Assembly: GCA_964614535.1 (NCBI GenBank)
Contig: CAZTOZ010000059.1
Span: 991-64,990 of the forward strand
Reading direction: 5' to 3'
From: an uncultured Thiotrichales bacterium
Lineage (GTDB): Bacteria > Pseudomonadota > Gammaproteobacteria > UWMA-0217
Length of the DNA: 64,000 nt
A program made the translations under genes and the position numbers. Positions 9,813 through 19,042 of the stretch are shown here, piece by piece (the first letter of the stretch is position 1; each line of letters starts with the position of its first letter). Below the pieces are notes generated by a model that made no database searches, was not told the origin of the DNA, and saw nothing but the letters and a program-made list of their open reading frames with translations.

Positions 9813-10564
9813 AAAAGCCGCTACTCGGACTGTTGCTGTTCATCGCCGCGTTTGCGGTCTTCGTCATCGCCACGCTACCGGCCCGCTTCGCCCTGCAGTA
9901 CCTCCCCGCCAGTCTGCCGCTACAGCTCTACGGCGTCGATGGCACCATCTGGCGCGGCGAGGCACAACAGGCCGTCTGGCAACACCAGCCCGTCGGTCGC
10001 CTGCGGTGGCGGCTGCATCCCCTGCCACTGCTGCTGGGCAGGCTGCGAGCCGATGTGGAGATCGATGGCGAGGCATTCACCGCCCGCGGCCGGATCGATG
10101 CCCACCGCGATCAGACCATCATCGTTCGCAACGCCATCGTCGATGCCGATCTGGCCCGCCTGCCGTTGCCCCGGAACCTGATGGCCACGCCGGGCGGCAA
10201 GGGACATGCCAACATCCATCATGCGCGCATCGAAAACCGCTGGCCCGTCGAACTCGACGCGGACCTGCGCTGGCAGCCGGCACGACTGCTGGCCCCGTTC
10301 GAACTGTCGCTGGGGCGGGCCGAGCTCGAGCTCGGCAGCAATGGCAATGTCGTCAGCGGTGATCTGCGCGGCAGCGGCGCGCTGGAGAGCAATGGCCGGC
10401 TGACGTTGTCGCGCAACGGCGCCTTCAGCGCCGACCTCACCATCGCCCCCACCGACGAAACGCCCCGCGAGCTGCGCGACATGTTGCCCATGCTCGGTCG
10501 CCCCGACAGTCGCGGCGCCGTCACCGTGCGTCAAACCATGCAACTGCGCGGTTTCCCGCCATGA
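9809..10564 (+). CDS. gspN: Type II secretion protein N
   Basis: 'FVIATLPARF...GVDGTIWRGEA...LRWRLHPLPLLLGRL'. Confidence 0.9.
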   Translation: MKKPLLGLLLFIAAFAVFVIATLPARFALQYLPASLPLQLYGVDGTIWRGEAQQAVWQHQPVGRLRWRLHPLPLLLGRLRADVEIDGEAFTARGRIDAHRDQTIIVRNAIVDADLARLPLPRNLMATPGGKGHANIHHARIENRWPVELDADLRWQPARLLAPFELSLGRAELELGSNGNVVSGDLRGSGALESNGRLTLSRNGAFSADLTIAPTDETPRELRDMLPMLGRPDSRGAVTVRQTMQLRGFPP

Positions 10565-10965
10565 GCAGAGAAATCCCGGTCGCCGCCGACCGCAGCCGGA
10601 TCGACCCCGAGAACAAATGCGACTTCTGCACCGGCTCGAAGTGCTGCACCTACATCACCCAGCACATCGACACGCCACGCAGCAAAGCCGACTTCGAACT
10701 GCTGCTGTGGCAGGTCTCCCACGAGCACATCCGCGTCTACCAGGACGAGGACGGCTGGTTCCTGCTGATCGACACCCCTTGCAGCCACCTGCAGCCCGAT
10801 GGTCGTTGCGCCATCTACGACACCCGGCCAACCATCTGCCGTGAATACAGCAACGACTACTGCGAGTTCGACGCCCCGGCCGAGGACGGCTTCAAACGCT
10901 ATTTTCCCGACTACGACAGCCTGCTCGCCTATTGCCGCAGGCGTTTCCGGCGATGGGGCTACTGA
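10561..10965 (+). CDS. YkgJ-family cysteine cluster (putative Fe-S/Zn) protein
   Basis: CxxC-x4-CC at N-terminus, 'PCSHL...RCAIYDTRPTICREY'; ATGA overlap with gspN. Confidence 0.85.
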   Translation: MSREIPVAADRSRIDPENKCDFCTGSKCCTYITQHIDTPRSKADFELLLWQVSHEHIRVYQDEDGWFLLIDTPCSHLQPDGRCAIYDTRPTICREYSNDYCEFDAPAEDGFKRYFPDYDSLLAYCRRRFRRWGY

Positions 10966-11591
10966 TGCAACGGCTGCTTCCCCTCGTCGTCACCCTCCTG
11001 CTGTCCGGCTGTTTCGGCCAGGCCGGCAACGGTCGCGCGCCGGCCACCAGCGTCACCCCGCTGATCTGCAACGGCGGTGAAATCGCCACACTGGTCAAGG
11101 TTGTCGATGGCGACACCATCGACATCGAGCGCAGCAACGGTGACACCGAACGCATCCGCCTCATCGGCATCGATACCCCCGAACGCGGAGAGAGCTGTTT
11201 CGCCGAGGCCAAGCAACGGCTCGCCGACCTGCTGGGCGATGGTCGGGTTCGTCTGATCAAGGATCGGAGCAACCGGGATCGTTACGGCAGACTGCTGCGC
11301 TATGTCTGCAGCGACCGGGACGTTTTCGTCGAAGGCAGTCTGGTCCGCGAGGGGCTGGCCGTCGCCTACCGCTACCCCCCCGACACCTACTACGCCGACT
11401 ACCTCCAGGAGCTGGGGGCCGAAGCGGTGCTGGAAAGGTCGGGTTGTCTCTACCGGGAGGCGATGCGGGACAGCGATGCCGGAGACAGCCGCTGCTGTCT
11501 CGTCTGCCGTCGGGGGAAGGCCTGCGGCGATGCCTGCGTGCCGGCCGATGTCACCTGCCGGCTGCCGGTGGGGTGCGCCTGCGAGGGGTGA
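10965..11591 (+). CDS. Thermonuclease (SNase-family) lipoprotein with Cys-rich C-terminal tail
   Basis: Lipobox LLSG|C; 'VVDGDT', 'IRLIGIDTPE', 'DRYGRLLRYV' catalytic motifs; TGATG overlap with previous stop. Confidence 0.88.
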   Translation: MQRLLPLVVTLLLSGCFGQAGNGRAPATSVTPLICNGGEIATLVKVVDGDTIDIERSNGDTERIRLIGIDTPERGESCFAEAKQRLADLLGDGRVRLIKDRSNRDRYGRLLRYVCSDRDVFVEGSLVREGLAVAYRYPPDTYYADYLQELGAEAVLERSGCLYREAMRDSDAGDSRCCLVCRRGKACGDACVPADVTCRLPVGCACEG

Positions 11592-11594
11592 GGC

Positions 11595-12020
11595 TCAACG
11601 CCCCCAGCACTCGGCGGTCGTGGTCTTCCCATCCGCCGCCGTCGCCGTCTGCCGGCCGGTGTGATCGAGCGTGAAACGGCGACATTGCCGATCACGAAGT
11701 GCTTCCGCACCCATGGCCTGGGCCGTCACCGTATAGGCCGAATCACTCCCGCTCACCTCCAGCGTATAGCGACCACCCGACGTCACATCGCGCCCCCCAT
11801 TGAAGCGCTGTAGCGCTGTGTCGCCCACCAGGTAGCGATGATGGGTGGTGTAATGGCGTTCCTGCTGCTGCCCGATCTTCAACAACGCCTCTTTCGCCTC
11901 GACGCGATGGGCCCGCTGCGTGTATCGGGAATAGGAGGTGATCGCAATCATGCCCAGCACGACGACGATCGCCAGCGTGATCAGCAGCTCCAGCAACGTG
12001 AAGCCCGGTTGGCGCCTCAC
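11595..12020 (-). CDS. pilE: Type IV minor pilin PilE
   Basis: G|FTLLELLITLAIV; 'YSRYTQRAHRVEAKEALL', 'DRQCRRFTLDHTG...CW'; GTG start overlaps pilY1 stop. Confidence 0.9.
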   Translation of the reverse strand: MRRQPGFTLLELLITLAIVVVLGMIAITSYSRYTQRAHRVEAKEALLKIGQQQERHYTTHHRYLVGDTALQRFNGGRDVTSGGRYTLEVSGSDSAYTVTAQAMGAEALRDRQCRRFTLDHTGRQTATAADGKTTTAECWGR

Positions 12021-15000
12021 TCCCTTGCCTCCCAGTACCATTTGTTCAGCCCGCTGAAAGTGGGGGATTCCAGCCCCTTGAGATGCGCATCGAGAATATC
12101 GAACTTGACCCCCTTGACGACCTTGCCACCACCGACGGCGGTCTCGTACTTCGACGCCACCAGCACCACCTCGGAGGGAATGTCCGACGTGGTGAACTCG
12201 ATGCTCTGCTTCGGTTCTTCGATATCGACAAACTTCAATGCCGGCCTGCCGCTGCGAATATCCAGCCCGTAGATCCGGCCGGTATGCGATGCGTTGGAAC
12301 AGATATCCGCCGCCGGCTTCGTCTCCGGCTCGAAGGTGGTGAAATAGACGGTATTCTTCAGCGTGACGGCTTTGGCCAGTGCCTTCTCACCGCCCTGCTT
12401 GTTCAGCGCCAGCTTCCAGCCGTGACGGGGGGCCGCCGACGGGCCGCCAGCAGGCGCCGCGACGCTCCCACCGATCGACGTCAGATCCGCCGGGATGATC
12501 AGCCGATGCGCCTTGTCGTTGGGGCCCGGTGGCAACTGATAGAGGTTCACGTCCTTGATCACGAACAGGTAGTCCTGATCGATATCGCGTCCCTTCATCA
12601 ACGGATGGGCACGATACCCCGAGCCGATGGCCAGCGAGACGTATCGCTGGCCATCGTCCACCACCAGCGCCGCGTCCGGCTCGTTGTAGAAACGGCGATG
12701 GACACCGGAACCGTTGCTGCCCAGATCCGCCAGTTTGGCGATACGCGGCTCGCTCACCTTCTGCAGCATCAGGGAGTTGGAGGGGTCGGGCAGGTCGATC
12801 CGAAACACTCCGCCTTCGATATCGACCAGATAGATGCGGTCGGCAATGCCGTTGTTGTCGATATCGACGACCCTGGGATTGGCCACGATGCCCGCCGCCT
12901 CGCCGCCGAAATCGGCCTGCCAGATCTTCTCCCCGCTGCGGGCATCGACGATGAACAGCGTGTCCCCGTCGCCACCACGGATTTTTTCGGCAAACCGCCC
13001 CTCCGGATCGGGCTGATCGTAGTCGGGATCGTATCCACCCGAAAAAATGAAGGCTGGCCGTAACTTGCCGCCGATATGAACGGTAGCCGGCAACATCCGC
13101 GACCAGGTCTGGCCCAGATCCTCGAAGCCGGCGGTCCCCAGGTCGCCGCCGCGCAACACCCAGGCGAGCTTGGGATCGTCCGGGTCGGTGATGTCGAGCA
13201 CGTAGTAGTTCAGCCCGCCCCGGCGCATGCCGACGGCGAGTAAGGTCTTGCCGGTCGGCTGGTCGTTCGCATCCAGCTTGCGATCGTCCCGCCAGACGGT
13301 GATATGGCCGTCCAACCCGTAGGGATGCGGCTGGTCGAAGGCGTTTTCTTTCCGGATCTTCAGCACCGGCAGCAGCGCTCGCGGAATGAAGGCAAACTTC
13401 TCCCTGCCACTCTTGGTATCGATGGCGTGCAGAAAACCCTCGTTGGTGCCGACGAATATCAGGTCGCTGCCGTTCTCAAAGGGTACGATCACCGGCGAGG
13501 AGTGGAGAATATCGCCCATCTCCCGGCGAAATTCCTGGCCACCCGCCGCCGTCTCGCCCTTGGCATAGGCCACCAGCGCCTTCGCATCCCCGCCGCCGAA
13601 CCACGCCGGCTCGTCCTCGGCATCCTCGATCGGCACGAGGAGATCGTGTTCATTGGTGGTGAATATTTTTCTACCATCACCCAACAGGCCTGCCGCGCCA
13701 CCCGCCGCGATGTCGCCACCATCGGCCGGTGCATCGGCGGGCAACCAGAGGCCACGGCTGTCCTGCACCGGATTGCCATCGTCGTCGTATATCGGCCGCC
13801 CCGTGGCATCGACGATCCGAATTTCATCGCCGTCGCGCTCGAGCTCGTATTTTTTCAGATTACCCAGCCATCGCGGTGAAATGCCGGGGCGAAAAAACGG
13901 AAAGAACACCTCCTTTCCGTGGGTCAGCCCGGTCTCCGGATCCACCGAGATAGAAGGTATCGCCAGATCGTGGTTGACGACGGCGATACGGGTGACGATG
14001 GCATTGAACACCTCTTTCAGCTGCGCCCTGTTCTCGGCGCTGAAGAACCCCCGGGTGCCATCCGGATCGGCCGTTTTTCCCAGATTGGCGAGCGCCTGCA
14101 GATACTGTTTTCCTTTTTCCTCCACCGCAAAGGCGATGGTGTAGGTGGCGATGGTCTGTTTCCCCTCCAGGCCGGGCATCTGATCGGTGTTGGCCAGAAA
14201 ATCGGTCAACTCGGAGCCGCAGCGCCCGTCACCGGTCGTGGCACAGCGGTTCAGCCCGAACTTGGCGCGCAGCTTGTCGATGATCACCGGATCGCTGTCC
14301 GCCGGATCCCCCGCGTCGAGACTCAGGCCATCGTCCGGTTCGCCGTCCGACATCAGCACCAGATAGTTGGCCTGACACTCGTTCCTGATCGGCGAGCGGT
14401 AGGTGGCGTTGTCCACTTGGAAGCGGGTATCCCCCGGGTCCTGGTAGCTGCACATCTCGGTCAGACACTCATAGTTCTGGTGCGCCGCGATGGTGCGGGT
14501 GACCTTTTCGATATTGCTGCAATTGCCGGCCTCGTCGTACCCTCCCCGGCAGACCTCCTCCTCATAGGTGCTGGCGGGCACGTCGACCAGGCGGCAATCG
14601 GATCTCGCCTCGATACCGGCGGGGCAGTCGACCCCCACGGCACAGAAGAATTCGTATCGTTTGGTGCAGCTGAGGGTCACCCCCGTCGTCGGGCATTCCC
14701 CCGCCGTCTTGTTGCACTCGACCGTCTCTCCCTCTCCCGGCTCGACGATGCGCGGTTCCGACGCGGCGACATAGGTGTCAGGATGGGCGAGTCGTTGCAA
14801 GGTTCCGCTGGCCCCATAGTCCACCGCCTCGCCCCGGAAATAGAGCGCCGCCTCGTACAACGACTGGACGATGGGTGTATAACCCTCGACCTCGAAGCGG
14901 TCGATCTCGGCCAGAATCTCGGCCCGCACGTCCTTGGCCGGCGTCGCGGCGGGATCCGGCGTCAGCGACGTCACCGGGTAGCGGATGCCATTGGCCTGGG

Positions 15001-15295
15001 CTTTCTCCTTGTGCCCACCGTAGTTCAGCAACCCGACATTGACCGTATCGGGTATCGAGGCCAGCACCTCCTCGAGCACCTCCCGCATCACCCGATAGCG
15101 GGAACGCGCCACCGTTCCGCTGAGCTCCAGCGGATTGTTCATGCTCCCGGAGCTGTCCAGCACAAACAGAATATTGGGCTGCCCCGCCTTGGCGTAGGAG
15201 GTGAGGTAGATCTCGGTATCGTCCGCCAGCGCAACACCGGGCAACAGCAGCCCGAAGATCGAGACCAGCAGTCGTTTGCAAAATACGTTTTTCAT
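12017..15295 (-). CDS. pilY1: Type IV pilus tip adhesin PilY1 (N-terminal vWA domain, C-terminal beta-propeller)
   Basis: Signal peptide then 'ADDTEIY'; 'NILFVLDSSGSM' MIDAS; 'MGDILHSSP', 'VGTNEGFLHAI', 'GKEKFAF'-like motif, Ca-loop DIDNNGIAD, 'YFTTFEP'. Confidence 0.93.
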   Translation of the reverse strand: MKNVFCKRLLVSIFGLLLPGVALADDTEIYLTSYAKAGQPNILFVLDSSGSMNNPLELSGTVARSRYRVMREVLEEVLASIPDTVNVGLLNYGGHKEKAQANGIRYPVTSLTPDPAATPAKDVRAEILAEIDRFEVEGYTPIVQSLYEAALYFRGEAVDYGASGTLQRLAHPDTYVAASEPRIVEPGEGETVECNKTAGECPTTGVTLSCTKRYEFFCAVGVDCPAGIEARSDCRLVDVPASTYEEEVCRGGYDEAGNCSNIEKVTRTIAAHQNYECLTEMCSYQDPGDTRFQVDNATYRSPIRNECQANYLVLMSDGEPDDGLSLDAGDPADSDPVIIDKLRAKFGLNRCATTGDGRCGSELTDFLANTDQMPGLEGKQTIATYTIAFAVEEKGKQYLQALANLGKTADPDGTRGFFSAENRAQLKEVFNAIVTRIAVVNHDLAIPSISVDPETGLTHGKEVFFPFFRPGISPRWLGNLKKYELERDGDEIRIVDATGRPIYDDDGNPVQDSRGLWLPADAPADGGDIAAGGAAGLLGDGRKIFTTNEHDLLVPIEDAEDEPAWFGGGDAKALVAYAKGETAAGGQEFRREMGDILHSSPVIVPFENGSDLIFVGTNEGFLHAIDTKSGREKFAFIPRALLPVLKIRKENAFDQPHPYGLDGHITVWRDDRKLDANDQPTGKTLLAVGMRRGGLNYYVLDITDPDDPKLAWVLRGGDLGTAGFEDLGQTWSRMLPATVHIGGKLRPAFIFSGGYDPDYDQPDPEGRFAEKIRGGDGDTLFIVDARSGEKIWQADFGGEAAGIVANPRVVDIDNNGIADRIYLVDIEGGVFRIDLPDPSNSLMLQKVSEPRIAKLADLGSNGSGVHRRFYNEPDAALVVDDGQRYVSLAIGSGYRAHPLMKGRDIDQDYLFVIKDVNLYQLPPGPNDKAHRLIIPADLTSIGGSVAAPAGGPSAAPRHGWKLALNKQGGEKALAKAVTLKNTVYFTTFEPETKPAADICSNASHTGRIYGLDIRSGRPALKFVDIEEPKQSIEFTTSDIPSEVVLVASKYETAVGGGKVVKGVKFDILDAHLKGLESPTFSGLNKWYWEARE

Positions 15296-15315
15296 AACTC
15301 GTTCGAATCGCCTCG

Positions 15316-15864
15316 TTACTGCCGCCGCAACCCGACGGGCGCCACCAGCAGGCGGTGGTCGGCCTTCGCCCCGGTGTCCGACCTTTCGCCGGCGACCGCC
15401 CGCACTTCGACCAACCGGCCGGCAACGGTGGTGGCGACACCGATACTGTTGCCAAATATGCTGACATCGCCCCGATATTTCATCCCAGCCGTTGCGTCCA
15501 GGCTCAACTTGTCACCGCCTGGCGGCTGTGCCTTGCCAACCACGTAATTCGTCAGTTTCAAATATCCATTTCCCTTACAAGCGTCGATTCTCTCCGCCGG
15601 GATACTGCCCGGCAGGCAGTCACACCCCGCTTGGGAACACTTCAGCACCGTGTCGTAGTCGGCCGTCTCGGCCAGCGCCGACTCTGCGGCCTGGAACGTG
15701 CCGACACGGACCTGGGCATTGCCGGCGATACGCTCGTCCAGCGTCGTCAGCTTCATCGCCGTCACGCCGATCAGCGTCATCACCATCAGGAGAATCAGCC
15801 CAACGATCAGCACCGCGCCACGCTGCCGGCGCGCCAGCGGGTGGGTTCTCCGGTCCACTTTCAT
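15316..15864 (-). CDS. pilX: Type IV minor pilin PilX
   Basis: RQRG|AVLIVGLILLMVMTLIG; 'ERIAGN...FQAAESAL'. Confidence 0.9.
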   Translation of the reverse strand: MKVDRRTHPLARRQRGAVLIVGLILLMVMTLIGVTAMKLTTLDERIAGNAQVRVGTFQAAESALAETADYDTVLKCSQAGCDCLPGSIPAERIDACKGNGYLKLTNYVVGKAQPPGGDKLSLDATAGMKYRGDVSIFGNSIGVATTVAGRLVEVRAVAGERSDTGAKADHRLLVAPVGLRRQ

Positions 15865-16664
15865 AGCAACGGCATCCGGTTGCGCAGCGGAATGGTGCTG
15901 CTGAAAACGCGGTAGAGCCGTTTGTCACCGGGCCGATCGAGCGTGACCCGCTCCCCCGCCAGCAGATAGGTCTGCGGCCCGTCGGCCGGCCTCTCCAGCA
16001 CGTCCTCGCCACTGGAGACGAGAAAGGCGATGCGGATACTGACCACTTTTTTCCACGTCTGCACGTCCGACAACCTGACATATTGATCGGCGAAACCATC
16101 CCCGGTGCGGTCCTCGCCATATTCGACATGCATGGCGACGACGTTTTCAACCAGTGGCTGGGGCCGCGTGCCATTGCTGCCAAAACACATCAATGTCTGA
16201 TCCTTGATATAGAAAGCGCTCAGCGTGCGCTCGGGGATCGCATTCGGATCCGGCCGGTTCCCCAGGCAATCGCTGGCCGATTCCGTGAGCTGGTCCGGAT
16301 TGGCCTCTTCGCCAATGGCATAGGGCATCCACGCCACGGTCAGCGTGTCGCTCTCCAACCCTGTCCTGTCCAGCGAAAAGGGCAACCCGACGGGCGCCGC
16401 CCACTTCTCCAACGACGCTTTGTCGTCGATCACCGGGGTGATCTCGGCAAACAGCGGGTAACCCGCCCGGGCCACCACCCGCTCCACCATCTGTACCGCG
16501 ATGCGGCCGTTCTCCTGCAGCAGCGACAATCCATCCCGCGCCTGGTAGCTGCGTTTGCCGGTGATATAGACCGAGCCGACGCCGGCAAGGACGAACAGGC
16601 CGATGATCAGGGCCACCATCAGCTCCACCAGCGAGAAGCCGGTCTGCCGTCGTCCCGTTCTCAC
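15861..16664 (-). CDS. pilW: Type IV minor pilin PilW
   Basis: G|FSLVELMVALIIGL; 'LQENGRIA', 'WKKVVSIRIAFLV', 'TIPLRNR'; GTG start overlapping pilV stop. Confidence 0.9.
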   Translation of the reverse strand: MRTGRRQTGFSLVELMVALIIGLFVLAGVGSVYITGKRSYQARDGLSLLQENGRIAVQMVERVVARAGYPLFAEITPVIDDKASLEKWAAPVGLPFSLDRTGLESDTLTVAWMPYAIGEEANPDQLTESASDCLGNRPDPNAIPERTLSAFYIKDQTLMCFGSNGTRPQPLVENVVAMHVEYGEDRTGDGFADQYVRLSDVQTWKKVVSIRIAFLVSSGEDVLERPADGPQTYLLAGERVTLDRPGDKRLYRVFSSTIPLRNRMPLL

Positions 16665-17173
16665 GGCGTCATCTCCAGCACGACGGCGGACTGCGCGGGA
16701 TCGGCTTCCGCTTCGTCCCAGCAGACCTCGACGGTGCAACGCAGCGGTGTGAGAGCCGGGTTGCAGGTCACACGGAGCCCGCCCCCGGGCAGGCGATCGC
16801 CGACACCGGCGAAAACCGCCGGATCCTTGCCGCCGCAGGCCATCTCGTAGAGGTCGAAGCGGGCGAGCCTGGCCGGATCGTCACAGGATTCGATGCGACA
16901 GTCGTCCCACGCCACGCCGCAATCGACCGGGCCACAACCCGCGGCATTGAGTGCATAGCCTCCCGTCACGACGCCCACCGGATTGGCCCGCATCCGCTCC
17001 ACCATCTCATTGGCGATCTGGGTCGCCTGGGTGCGAAAGTAGGCGCTGCCGGTATGACGCACTCCCCAGAACTGGAGTTTGGCGAGCCCGAGCAGGCCGA
17101 TCGACAGCAGCACCACGGCCACCAGCACCTCCACCAGCGAGAATCCACGGCTACCGTTCCACACAGGCGCCAT
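16661..17173 (-). CDS. pilV: Type IV minor pilin PilV
   Basis: G|FSLVEVLVAVVLLSIGLLGLAKLQ; 'RTQATQIANEMVERMRAN'. Confidence 0.92.
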   Translation of the reverse strand: MAPVWNGSRGFSLVEVLVAVVLLSIGLLGLAKLQFWGVRHTGSAYFRTQATQIANEMVERMRANPVGVVTGGYALNAAGCGPVDCGVAWDDCRIESCDDPARLARFDLYEMACGGKDPAVFAGVGDRLPGGGLRVTCNPALTPLRCTVEVCWDEAEADPAQSAVVLEMTP

Positions 17174-17660
17174 CCTGCTTCACCCTGCAACTACGAACCG
17201 AGCCGCCCAGGGTCAAGGCGACCCGGCGCTGAAAGCTGGCCTTGCGGATGATGATCTCGCGCTGCGCCGACGCGGTGGCATCGACCCGGCCTTCGGCATT
17301 GAACACCAACCTTGCGGGGGCCGATGGCACCGACAGCAGCTGATCCTTCACATCGAACACACGCAGGACCCGGTTCTCCCCCTCGATCACCACCTTCCAC
17401 CCCTTGCTCCAGTCATCGCCGCAGAGGCCCCCGCCATCGCCGACCGGACAGAGCGTGACCGCCTTGTTGCGCTTCACCGCCTCGGAACGGGCCAGATGGA
17501 TGGCCGATACGAGGCGATTGGTCTGGGTCGCCACGCGGTTGTTCTCCAGCATCGCCTTGAGACCGGGAAGGCCGATCATGGCAATGACGCCGATGACGGC
17601 GACCGCGATCATCAGCTCCACCAGGGTGAAGCCTTTGTGACGGGAAAATCGGGAACACAT
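17151..17660 (-). CDS. fimU: Type IV minor pilin FimU/FimT (GspH-like)
   Basis: G|FTLVELMIAVAVIG; 'LARSEAVKRNKAVTLC', 'WSKGWKV'. Confidence 0.85.
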   Translation of the reverse strand: MCSRFSRHKGFTLVELMIAVAVIGVIAMIGLPGLKAMLENNRVATQTNRLVSAIHLARSEAVKRNKAVTLCPVGDGGGLCGDDWSKGWKVVIEGENRVLRVFDVKDQLLSVPSAPARLVFNAEGRVDATASAQREIIIRKASFQRRVALTLGGSVRSCRVKQDGACVER

Positions 17661-17891
17661 AACGTCTAGTGTACGAAAAAAGGGGAACCGGTGCGCAGAA
17701 GCACGTCGGATTTCAGCGGCTTCCCGATATACGGTAGCGGGATCACCGGCAGACGCAGCGGCAGGCCGTCGCGACGCCAGCACCGCCGGTCGGCACGATC
17801 GTGAAGCCGTTGGCAATCCAGCCGTCGCCTCCCTACCACAGGAGAACCTCCCGCCCTACCCTCATCGGCTCATCGCAACAGGGAAGTGACG

Positions 17892-18431
17892 ATGAATCAG
17901 TGCAAACCCCGATCGGGCGGCTTCACACTGGTGGAGATGATGACCACGCTGGCGGTGGCCGGCACGGTCGTCTCGGCCGGCGTGACATCACTGCGGGCAC
18001 TGCTCAGCGACAACCAGCTCACCACCCAGGCCAACCTGGTGATGCACAGCATCGTGCTGGCACGCAGCGAGGCGATCAAACGCAACCGCCGCGTCACCCT
18101 GGCCAAAACCGGCACACAGTGGCGCGACGGCTGGGAGGTCTTCGTCGACAGCAACGCCAATGGCCGGCGCGACCACGACGAAACGCTGCTGTTGCATCAG
18201 CCGGCGCTCCCCCACCCCCTCTCCCTCACCGCCAACCGCGGCGTCCGTGACTACATCTCCTACACCGGACAAGGACGTTCCCGGAAAGTCAACGGCGCTT
18301 TTCAGGCGGGCCGGCTGATGCTTTGTGACCAACACCAGGAAGCGACTCCGGCCCACGCCCGCGCAATCATCATCTCCAGCACGGGCAGGCCCCGAATCTC
18401 GCGCCGGCAGCGGGATCTCCGCCCCTGCTGA
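17892..18431 (+). CDS. fimT: Type IV minor pilin FimT (GspH-like), divergent paralog
   Basis: G|FTLVEMMTTLAV; 'LARSEAIKRNRRVTL', 'WRDGWEVFVDSN', 'IIISSTGRPR'. Confidence 0.82.
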   Translation: MNQCKPRSGGFTLVEMMTTLAVAGTVVSAGVTSLRALLSDNQLTTQANLVMHSIVLARSEAIKRNRRVTLAKTGTQWRDGWEVFVDSNANGRRDHDETLLLHQPALPHPLSLTANRGVRDYISYTGQGRSRKVNGAFQAGRLMLCDQHQEATPAHARAIIISSTGRPRISRRQRDLRPC

Positions 18432-18555
18432 CAGCCCCGGCACGGCAGGCCATTTATGGTTTCCGCCGGTCGTCGCGAACCGCGCCCCGGCGGAGCGAGC
18501 GGCCATTGCCCCGAAGATCTGCGCCAAAACAGGATGGAGGGTGAGGCGGGGGCTG

Positions 18556-18978
18556 TCAGGTGGCGTTGCGGACCCGGACGACGATATCGACACCGGTGAT
18601 TTCGACATCGCCATCGAGCACCGGCAGGCCCGAAACGACCAGATCGCGGGATTCGATGTCCCGCAGTTCGCCGGTGTCCACATTGTAGAGATGGTGGTGG
18701 GGGGTGGTGTTGGTGTCGAAGATCTGTTTGCCGGGATCGACGACCACTTCGCGCAGCAGCCCCTTGGCCGCGAACAGGCCCAGCGTGTTGTAGACGGTGG
18801 CCTTGGAGACCTCGGCACTGCCGTGATTGACCAGCTCGAGCAATTGATCGGCGGTGATGTGCTTGTCCCGGTCGAACAGGCACATGCCGATCTCGACGCG
18901 CTGCCGCGTGGGGTTGATGCCGTTTCGCACCAAACGCGCGGTAACACTCTTGCGAAGCTGCTCAGGCTGCTGATTCAT
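18556..18978 (-). CDS. Fur-family regulator, Irr-like
   Basis: 'TRQR', 'VSKATVYNTLGLF...GLLREV', 'FDTNTTPHHHLYNVDTGEL', 'GVDIVVRV'; no C-terminal CxxC. Confidence 0.85.
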   Translation of the reverse strand: MNQQPEQLRKSVTARLVRNGINPTRQRVEIGMCLFDRDKHITADQLLELVNHGSAEVSKATVYNTLGLFAAKGLLREVVVDPGKQIFDTNTTPHHHLYNVDTGELRDIESRDLVVSGLPVLDGDVEITGVDIVVRVRNAT

Positions 18979-19042
18979 AAGGAAAAGCATACAGCCTGTA
19001 CGGAAAGATGCAAAAAAGGCCTCACAGATTCAGCGAGATTGG

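Noticed and set aside
17680-17750. GGTAGCGGG segment resembling the 3' end of a c-di-GMP-I riboswitch
   Set aside because: The GGCAAAC/GAAA tetraloop and GACGCAAAG core are absent
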